A stretch of DNA of 64,000 nt, taken from NCBI GenBank assembly GCA_963707635.1, contig OY970173.1, positions 224,001-288,000 of the forward strand. The letters are read 5' to 3'. The notes under the pieces were generated by a model that saw only the letters and a list, made by a program, of their open reading frames with translations, had not been told where the DNA came from and did not search any database. Position numbers and translations under genes: made by a program. How positions within the stretch are numbered: position 1 is the stretch's first letter; each line of letters opens with the position of its first letter. The DNA is from Candidatus Latescibacterota bacterium. Lineage in GTDB: Bacteria; Krumholzibacteriota; Krumholzibacteriia; WVZY01; JAKEHA01. Shown here piece after piece: positions 48,007-64,000 of the stretch.

Positions 48007-48098
48007 GCCGGGCACATTGGTGTTCGACGCGATTTCACGAGGCGCGCTTCCAACGTTTGCGCGCGAAGTGCATGAGCGGAGAACACAATGGGCACGGC
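48007..48098 (+). repeat. Dispersed structured repeat, copy C (rpsJ-rplC gap)
   Basis: TTCGACGCGATTTCACGAGGCGCGCTTCCAACGTTTGCGCGCGAAGTGCATGAGCGGAGAA closed by GTGTTC/GAACAC, CATT/AATG and GCCG/CGGC. Confidence 0.85.
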
Positions 48099-48105
48099 GC
48101 TGTCC

Positions 48106-48414
48106 CTACGTTTTGATCTCGATGTCCACGCCCGCCGGCAAAACCAGCTTGGTGAGGTCATCGATCGTCTGCTGCGTCGTGTGCGTCAAGTCGATCATGC
48201 GCTTGTGAATGCGAATCTCGAACTGCTCCCGAGACTTCTTGTTCACGTGCGGCGAACGAAGCACCGTGTACACCGAGCGCCGCGTCGGAAGCGGAATCGG
48301 CCCGATGACGCGCGCGCCAGTACGTCGCGCCGTGCGGACGATATCGTCCGTCGTGCGATCGAGCGTTGCGTGCTCGTACGCCTTCAGTTTGATGCGGATT
48401 CTCTGGCCTTCCAA
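48106..48414 (-). CDS. rpsJ: 30S ribosomal protein S10
   Basis: [29 protein letters not shown]. Confidence 0.99.
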   Translation of the reverse strand: MEGQRIRIKLKAYEHATLDRTTDDIVRTARRTGARVIGPIPLPTRRSVYTVLRSPHVNKKSREQFEIRIHKRMIDLTHTTQQTIDDLTKLVLPAGVDIEIKT

Positions 48415-48433
48415 CGGTGGCTCCTCTCGAAAG

Positions 48434-49621
<1,188 letters not shown>

Positions 49622-49669
49622 CGATCCCTCCTCCTTGACTTACCGATTCATGCCGTCGCGATCGACGCG

Positions 49670-51775
49670 CTAGCTGGCGACTTTCCCCTGGTATTTGTTG
49701 ATGATTTCTTCCGCGACGCTCTTGGGAGCCGGCTCGTAGCACGCGAACTGCATGGTGTAGACGGCGCGCCCCTGCGTCAGCGAGCGCAGCGAGGTGGCGT
49801 AGCCGAACATCTCCGCGAGTGGAACCCGGGCGGTGATGATCTGCGCGTCGGCGCGCTGCGTCATGCCGCCGATCTTGCCCCGCCGCGAGCTCAAGTCGGC
49901 GATGGCGTCACCCATGTACTCCTTCGGACAGACCACCTCGACGTCCATGATCGGCTCGATGAGCTTCGGGTTCGACTTGCGCATGGCTTCCTTGAACGCC
50001 ATCGACGCGGCCATTAGAAACGCGATCTCGCTCGAATCGACTTCGTGGTAGGAGCCGTCGAGCAGTTGCACCTTGACCCCCACTACCGGGTACCCGGCCA
50101 GCACTCCGCTCGCGAGCGCGCCCTTGATACCCTTCTCCACCGCCGGGACATACTCGCGCGGCACGGTTCCGCCGATGACCTTGTTCTCGAACACGAAGTC
50201 GACGCCCTCTTCCGCCGGCTCGCAGTGGATCACCACGTGGCCGTACTGGCCGCGGCCGCCGGACTGCTTGATGAACTTGCCCACCGCGTCGGCGGGCTGG
50301 CCGAAGGCTTCCTTGTAGGCCACTTCCGGCTTGCCGACGTTGGCGCCGACTCTGAACTCGCGCAGCATGCGGTCCACCAGGATCTCGAGGTGCAGTTCGC
50401 CCATGCCGGAGATGATGGTCTGCCCGGTCTCTTCGTCGCTGCGGACGCGGAAGGTCGGGTCCTCGTCGGAGAGCTTGACCAGCGCCTCCGAGAGTTTCTC
50501 CTGGTCGCCGGCGGTCTTGGGCTCGATCGCCACCGAAATCACCGGCTCGGGGAAGTGCATCTTCTCGAGCACGACCGGGTGTTTCATGTCGCACAGCGTG
50601 TCGCCGGTGCGCGCGTCCTTGAGGCCGATCACCGCGCAGATATCCCCGGCGTAGACGTCCTCGATCTCCTCGCGCTTGTCGGCGTGCAGCTGCATCAACC
50701 GGCCGATGCGCTCCTTGCGGCTGGTGGTCGCATTCAGCACCGTGGTCCCGGACTCCACCTTGCCGCTGTACACGCGGATGTAGGTGAGCTTGCCGACGTG
50801 CGGGTCGGTCATGATCTTGAAGACCAGGGCGGAAAAGGGTTCGTTCTCGTCGGCCTTGCGCGTCTCGAGTTCGGTGCTGTAGAGGCTGTGTCCGGTGATG
50901 GGGGGGATGTCCGCGGGCGAGGGCAGCAGGTGCACGACGGCGTCGAGCAGGCGCTGGATGCCCTTGTTCTTGAACGCGGCGCCACACATCACGGGCACGA
51001 ACTTGCTTTCCAGCATCGCCTTCTTCATCGCGCGGCGCAGCGTTTCCTGCGCGCCTTCGCCCGTGTCGAGGAACTGCGTCATCAATTCCTCGTCGAAATC
51101 CGAGAGATTCTCGACCAGGCTGGCGCGGTACTCCCTGGCCAGCTCGAGCAGATCGGCGGGGATATCGTGCTCGTCGTACGTCATGCCCTTGGTGTCTTCG
51201 TGGTAGAAGAACGCCTTCATGCGGATCAGGTCGACGATGCCGTTGAAGAGGTCGCCGGCGCCGATCGGGAGCTGGATGGGAACCGCGTTGGCCCCCAGCC
51301 GGTCCTTCATCATCTGCACCACGTTGAGGAAGTCGGCGCCCATGCGGTCCATCTTGTTGACGAACGCGATGCGCGGCACGCCGTACTTGTCGGCCTGGCG
51401 CCACACCGTTTCCGACTGCGGCTCTACGCCGCCGACCGCGCAGAACACGCCGATCGCCCCGTCGAGCACGCGCAGGCTCCGCTCCACCTCGGCGGTGAAG
51501 TCCACGTGGCCAGGCGTGTCGATGATGTTGATGCGAACTTCCTGGCCCTTGTTGTTCTTCCACGCGCACGTGGTGGCGGCGGAGGTGATGGTGATGCCGC
51601 GCTCGCGCTCCTGCACCATCCAGTCCATGATGGTGGTGCCGTCGTGGACTTCGCCCAGGCGGTGCGTCTTTCCGGTATAGAAAAGAATGCGCTCCGTAAG
51701 CGTCGTCTTACCGGCATCGATGTGGGCCATGATGCCGATATTGCGTACTCGATCGAGTGGAATCTTCCTGGCCAT
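49670..51775 (-). CDS. fusA: Elongation factor G
   Basis: [32 protein letters not shown]. Confidence 0.99.
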   Translation of the reverse strand: MARKIPLDRVRNIGIMAHIDAGKTTLTERILFYTGKTHRLGEVHDGTTIMDWMVQERERGITITSAATTCAWKNNKGQEVRINIIDTPGHVDFTAEVERSLRVLDGAIGVFCAVGGVEPQSETVWRQADKYGVPRIAFVNKMDRMGADFLNVVQMMKDRLGANAVPIQLPIGAGDLFNGIVDLIRMKAFFYHEDTKGMTYDEHDIPADLLELAREYRASLVENLSDFDEELMTQFLDTGEGAQETLRRAMKKAMLESKFVPVMCGAAFKNKGIQRLLDAVVHLLPSPADIPPITGHSLYSTELETRKADENEPFSALVFKIMTDPHVGKLTYIRVYSGKVESGTTVLNATTSRKERIGRLMQLHADKREEIEDVYAGDICAVIGLKDARTGDTLCDMKHPVVLEKMHFPEPVISVAIEPKTAGDQEKLSEALVKLSDEDPTFRVRSDEETGQTIISGMGELHLEILVDRMLREFRVGANVGKPEVAYKEAFGQPADAVGKFIKQSGGRGQYGHVVIHCEPAEEGVDFVFENKVIGGTVPREYVPAVEKGIKGALASGVLAGYPVVGVKVQLLDGSYHEVDSSEIAFLMAASMAFKEAMRKSNPKLIEPIMDVEVVCPKEYMGDAIADLSSRRGKIGGMTQRADAQIITARVPLAEMFGYATSLRSLTQGRAVYTMQFACYEPAPKSVAEEIINKYQGKVAS

Positions 51776-51982
51776 ATCCCTTTACCGACTCCCGCGGCGC
51801 GAGCCGACGACGAGCCGAAAGGGCTCGGCCGTCAGGTGGACACCGGCGGGAAAGTGCACCCAGATGCTCTGATGAAGAAGCCTCCGAGTATCGATTATTT
51901 GATGCCCGTCAATTCGTAGACTACCGAATCGCGGGGTTAGGGGTTCGCGCGGCAACCGCCGCTTCCAAACCGTCCGTGGGAA

Positions 51983-52453
51983 CTACCAGCGGAAGTGGGC
52001 GAACGCCTTGTTGGCATCCGCCATCTTGTGGGTGTCTTCCTTCTTCTTGACGGACGGGCCCTCCGAACGAGCGGCCTGCATCAATTCGTTTGCTACGCGT
52101 TCCGACATCGTGCTCTCCGAGCGCAAACGCGCGTACGACGAAATCCAACGCATCGCCAGAGCGACGCGGCGCGACGAACGGACCTCGATGGGCACCTGAT
52201 AGTTGGCGCCACCCACGCGCCGCGACGTCACTTCCAGCGACGGCTTCACGTTTTCCAGCGCCTTCTTGAATACCTCGACCCCGCGCTGGCCGGTCTTCTC
52301 TTCGATGATCCCGAATGCGTCGTAGACGATGCCTTCTGCGATCGACTTCTTGCCGCGACGCATGACGTAGTTGATGAACCGGGCGACCATCGGGTCGTTG
52401 AACTTCAGGTCACCGAGGTATGTCTTCTTTCTCGAACGGTTTCTTCTCGACAT
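51983..52453 (-). CDS. rpsG: 30S ribosomal protein S7
   Basis: SRRVGGANYQVP; HKMADANKAFAHFRW. Confidence 0.99.
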   Translation of the reverse strand: MSRRNRSRKKTYLGDLKFNDPMVARFINYVMRRGKKSIAEGIVYDAFGIIEEKTGQRGVEVFKKALENVKPSLEVTSRRVGGANYQVPIEVRSSRRVALAMRWISSYARLRSESTMSERVANELMQAARSEGPSVKKKEDTHKMADANKAFAHFRW

Positions 52454-52465
52454 CGCTACTATCCT

Positions 52466-52840
52466 CTACGACTTCGGCCGCTTGGCGCCGTACTTGGACC
52501 GGCCGTTACGACGGGCGTCGACGCCCGAGGTGTCCAACACCCCGCGGACGATGTGGTAACGCACGCCCGGAAGGTCCTTTACGCGCCCCCCGCGGATGAG
52601 CACTATCGAGTGCTCCTGCAAGTTGTGCCCTTCGCCCGGGATGTACGCGGTCACTTCGATCCCGTTGGTCAGCCGCACGCGCGCGACCTTGCGCAGCGCC
52701 GAGTTCGGCTTCTTGGGCGTCTGCGTGTACACCCGGGTGCACACCCCGCGCTTCTGCGGGCACGACGCCATCGCCGGGGTCTTGGACCGGTCCAGCTGGG
52801 CCACCCGGCCATGGCGAATTAATTGATTAATTGTCGGCAC
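52466..52840 (-). CDS. rpsL: 30S ribosomal protein S12
   Basis: [30 protein letters not shown]. Confidence 0.99.
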   Translation of the reverse strand: MPTINQLIRHGRVAQLDRSKTPAMASCPQKRGVCTRVYTQTPKKPNSALRKVARVRLTNGIEVTAYIPGEGHNLQEHSIVLIRGGRVKDLPGVRYHIVRGVLDTSGVDARRNGRSKYGAKRPKS

Positions 52841-52994
52841 TCATCCTCCGTGCTCGGCGCAAATGCCCCCGTCGCATCCAGGCGGTTGTGGATAACTTCC
52901 GCGCGGGACAGGCGCCGGGAGCCGTAACTAACGAATTATGTTGTGGTTACCAGAACTTCCGAGTTTCAGGAAGTGATGGAGCCGCGAACCCCGG

Positions 52995-53023
52995 ACTTTA
53001 TCGGCTTCCGTAACCACTGTCAA
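52995..53023 (-). promoter_or_regulatory. sigma70 promoter of the str (rpsL) operon
   Basis: TTGACA-17 bp-TAAAGT in the rpoC-rpsL gap. Confidence 0.75.
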
Positions 53024-53042
53024 GCCCCTTTTGGAGCGAGAC

Positions 53043-57167
<4,125 letters not shown>

Positions 57168-57213
57168 CTGAGACTCCTTCTCCGGCGGCGCAGCTTGGCA
57201 CCGCCAGCTTGGA

Positions 57214-61045
<3,832 letters not shown>

Positions 61046-61224
61046 CGTATCCTCAGCGTGACGGGGTCGTTGCAGTGAGCGTCCGCGCGTTCTTGAAACC
61101 GCCTACGACGCGTGCGGGCGCAGGGCACGAAGGCCACTGCGCCTGGGGCGCTTGCGCGCAAACACACGCCGGTAGACGCCGGTCGCCTGCGCGACCCCGG
61201 GCGTCGGTCGGCGTACTTCGCGCG

Positions 61225-61620
61225 CTACTTGATGTCGACGCTAGCGCCGACGTCGGTGAGTTTCTTCTTGATCTCTTCCGCTTCGGCCTTGTTGACGCCC
61301 TCTTTGACGGGCTTCGGGGCCCCTTCGACGAGGTCCTTGGCTTCCTTCAGACCGAGGGCCGTGATCTCACGCACGACCTTGATGACCTTGATCTTCTCGG
61401 CGCCGGCGCCCGAGAGGATGACGTCGAACTCGGTCTTCTCCTCGGCCACGGCCGCGCCCGCGCCCGGAACGCCCGCAAACGCCATCGGCGCCGCGGCGGT
61501 CACGCCGAAACGATCCTCGAGCGCCTTGACGAGCTCCGCCATCTCGATGAGCGTCAGCCGCTCGATGGCCTCCATCGCCGACTGCGCATTCGAACTGGAA
61601 AGCTTGACTGCTTCAGACAT
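61225..61620 (-). CDS. rplL: 50S ribosomal protein L7/L12
   Basis: [29 protein letters not shown]. Confidence 0.99.
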   Translation of the reverse strand: MSEAVKLSSSNAQSAMEAIERLTLIEMAELVKALEDRFGVTAAAPMAFAGVPGAGAAVAEEKTEFDVILSGAGAEKIKVIKVVREITALGLKEAKDLVEGAPKPVKEGVNKAEAEEIKKKLTDVGASVDIK

Positions 61621-61681
61621 GGTCCTTACTCCTTCTTCTTCACCGATGGTTGACAGCTACAAAAACGAGGCAGCGCCTCAC

Positions 61682-62197
61682 CTACGACTGCTTTTCAGAA
61701 GCCTGTTTCAACACGCTCGCGAGGCTGCGCAGCGGCCCCTGCATGACCGACACGAGGTTGCGCGCCGGCCCTTCGATCCCGCCCAGGAGCTGTGCCAGGA
61801 GCTCGTTCCGGGTGGGGAGCTTCGAGATCGCGATCACGGCCTTCGCATCCAGCACGGTGCCGTCGACGAAGCCGGCCTTGAACTTGGGGAGCTCGTGCTC
61901 CTCCGCGAACTTGGCGAGCACCTTCGCGGCCGTGTTCTCGGTCTCGCGGCTCACCGCGATCGCGGTCGGGCCGTCGAAATAGGGGGCCAGTCCTACCGCC
62001 GCGGTCTTTTGTACACCGAGTTTGGCGAGCGTGTTCTTGACCACTTTGAGCTCCACGCCCTGCTGGCGGCACCGGCGACGCAGCTCCGTCACCTTGGCGA
62101 CGTTGAGCCCGGTCAGGTCCGCAAGCACCACGGACCGGGCGCCGTTGACCGCCGCCGCGATGGACTCGACCTGCGTGATTTTTTCCGGACGGGCCAT
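61682..62197 (-). CDS. rplJ: 50S ribosomal protein L10
   Basis: VVKNTLA; KLPTRNELLAQL. Confidence 0.98.
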   Translation of the reverse strand: MARPEKITQVESIAAAVNGARSVVLADLTGLNVAKVTELRRRCRQQGVELKVVKNTLAKLGVQKTAAVGLAPYFDGPTAIAVSRETENTAAKVLAKFAEEHELPKFKAGFVDGTVLDAKAVIAISKLPTRNELLAQLLGGIEGPARNLVSVMQGPLRSLASVLKQASEKQS

Positions 62198-62220
62198 TAG
62201 CGTACCTCCATTTGCCGCCG

Positions 62221-62919
62221 CTATTGCAGCGCGCTGACGACTGCGCTGTCGATCTTCACCGACGGGCCCATCGTCGACGAAATCGACATGCTCTTGATGT
62301 AGCGCCCCTTGCTCGAGGCCGGTTTCGCGCGCACGATCTCGTGCACCAGCGTCTTCAGGTTCTCGAGCAGTTTCTCGTACTCGAACGACTTCTTCCCGAT
62401 GGGGATGTGGAGATTCGCGCTCTTGTCGACGCGATACTCGACCTTGCCCGCCTTGACGTCGCGCACCGCCTTGGCGACGTCGAACGTCACCGTCCCGCTC
62501 TTCGGGTTCGGCATCAGGCCTCGGGGCCCGAGCGTGCGGCCCAGTTTGCCGACCTCGCCCATGAGGTCGGGGGTCGCGATGATCACGTCCACGTCGGTCC
62601 AGCCCTGCTGGAGCTTGGGCAGGTACTCCTGGGCGCCCACGAAGTCGGCGCCGGCGTCCGTCGCCTCTTTTTCCTTTTCGCCCCGCGCGAGCACGAGCAC
62701 GCGCACCGTGCGGCCGGTGCCGTACGGCAGCACGATGGTCCCGCGGACCTGCTGGTCGGCCTGGCGCGGGTCGACGCCGAGCTGCGCGGACAATTCGATG
62801 GTCTCGTCGAACTTCGCGGTCGCGGTCTCCTTGACCAGGCGCACCGCGGTCTCGAGGTCGTAATGCGACGCGTGGTCGATCTTCGCCGCGGCCGCGGTAT
62901 AGCGTTTGCCCTGCTTCAT
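62221..62919 (-). CDS. rplA: 50S ribosomal protein L1
   Basis: [28 protein letters not shown]. Confidence 0.99.
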   Translation of the reverse strand: MKQGKRYTAAAAKIDHASHYDLETAVRLVKETATAKFDETIELSAQLGVDPRQADQQVRGTIVLPYGTGRTVRVLVLARGEKEKEATDAGADFVGAQEYLPKLQQGWTDVDVIIATPDLMGEVGKLGRTLGPRGLMPNPKSGTVTFDVAKAVRDVKAGKVEYRVDKSANLHIPIGKKSFEYEKLLENLKTLVHEIVRAKPASSKGRYIKSMSISSTMGPSVKIDSAVVSALQ

Positions 62920-62923
62920 TCCT

Positions 62924-63391
62924 CTAGTCCTCCACCACGATGCCCATGCTGCGCGCCGTGCCCGCGACCATCCTCGCGGCCGCTTCGACATCGACGGCGT
63001 TCAGGTCGGGCATCTTCGTTTCCGCGATCTTTCGCACCTGGCTCATCGTGACCTTGCCCACCTTGTTGCGGTTGGGCTCACCGGACCCCTTCGCGAGGCC
63101 GGCCGCCATTTTGAGCAGCACCGACGCCGGCGGCGTCTTGGTGATGAAGTCGAACGAACGATCCGAGTACACGGTCAGCAGCACGGGGATGATGACCCCG
63201 GCCTGCGGCTGCGTGCGCGCGTTGAACTGCTTGCAGAACTCCATGATGTTGACGCCGTGCTGCCCGAGCGCCGGACCCACCGGCGGCGCGGGCGTGGCGT
63301 TCCCACCCGGGATCTGCAACTTGACGGTCGTTACGACCTTCTTGCTCTTGCCGCCTTTGGTCGCGGCCGGTTTCTGCGGAGCAGCCATCAC
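62924..63391 (-). CDS. rplK: 50S ribosomal protein L11
   Basis: [30 protein letters not shown]. Confidence 0.99.
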   Translation of the reverse strand: MMAAPQKPAATKGGKSKKVVTTVKLQIPGGNATPAPPVGPALGQHGVNIMEFCKQFNARTQPQAGVIIPVLLTVYSDRSFDFITKTPPASVLLKMAAGLAKGSGEPNRNKVGKVTMSQVRKIAETKMPDLNAVDVEAAARMVAGTARSMGIVVED

Positions 63392-63406
63392 CAGTCTCCA
63401 GTACGC

Positions 63407-64000
63407 TTAAATGTTTTCGACCTGCAGAAAATCCAGTTCGACCGGCGTTTCGCGGCCGAAGATACTCACCAGCACCCGCATCTTCCCGCGTTCGGCGTTG
63501 ATCTCATCCACCACGCCGGTGAAATCGCTGAAGGGGCCGTCCTTGATGCGGATGTGCTCGCCCAGCGTGAAAGGAATCTCCGGGATGATGGTCTGCTTTT
63601 CCTTGTCCATCCGCCCGAGGATGCGCTCGACTTCCGGCTTCGTAAGCGGCTGCGGGCCCGACGACGTGCCGACGAAGCCGGTCACGCCGGGAAGGTCGCT
63701 GACCAGGTGAAACGCTTCGTCCGACATGTTCATCTCGATCAGGATGTAGCTCGGGAAGAACTTCCGGGTCGTGATCGTCTTCTTCCCCTTCTTCATCTCG
63801 GCCACTTCTTCGGTCGGAACGACGATCTGGCCGAAGTGATCCTTGATCGAGGACGCGTTGATCATCTTCTGGATGTTCTCGCGAACCTTGTTCTCGTGGC
63901 CCGAATAGGTGTGAACCACGTACCAGCGCTTGGGGACCGCCGAGGTCTCCGCGCCGGCTCCCGCGTTCCCCGCCACCGACGGCGCTTCGCCCGCGGCGAC
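63407..64000 (-). CDS. nusG: Transcription termination/antitermination factor NusG (N-terminus probably beyond the window)
   Basis: WYVVHTYSGHENKV; GPFSDFTG; IFGRETPVEL; frame stays open to the window edge. Confidence 0.97.
   Translation of the reverse strand, partial: VAAGEAPSVAGNAGAGAETSAVPKRWYVVHTYSGHENKVRENIQKMINASSIKDHFGQIVVPTEEVAEMKKGKKTITTRKFFPSYILIEMNMSDEAFHLVSDLPGVTGFVGTSSGPQPLTKPEVERILGRMDKEKQTIIPEIPFTLGEHIRIKDGPFSDFTGVVDEINAERGKMRVLVSIFGRETPVELDFLQVENI

Overview
High-GC bacterial chromosome segment, probably from an uncultured FCB-related lineage (Krumholzibacteria/Latescibacteria/Eisenbacteria-like). That placement is inferred from the FlgD/T9SS-type C-terminal domains and the 'TWGxVKxLYR' protein tails. 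The right half (32.3-64 kb, minus strand) is the contiguous nusG-rplKAJL-rpoBC-str-S10-spc-alpha ribosomal superoperon. Single-base frameshifts in rpoB and rplR show that the assembly carries indel errors. Three intergenic gaps of the superoperon hold copies of an unannotated ~92-99 bp structured repeat in mixed orientation. The left half is accessory. It contains an 8-gene operon (Ig-repeat CTD protein, PorV-like barrel, giant TPR, ExbB, two ExbD, TonB, FlgD-like protein) that looks like a TonB-energised T9SS-like or Agl-Glt-like envelope machine. It also contains a tRNA-Asn gene split inside its anticodon by a 242-nt group I intron, followed by a tandem array of small integrase-less cassettes bounded by copies of the tRNA 3' end. 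Other features are two paralogous secreted 'DSFFD'-repeat proteins with a shared C-terminal motif, a kinase-less derivative of a Ser/Thr-kinase-TPR receptor, and a candidate sRNA or attenuator.
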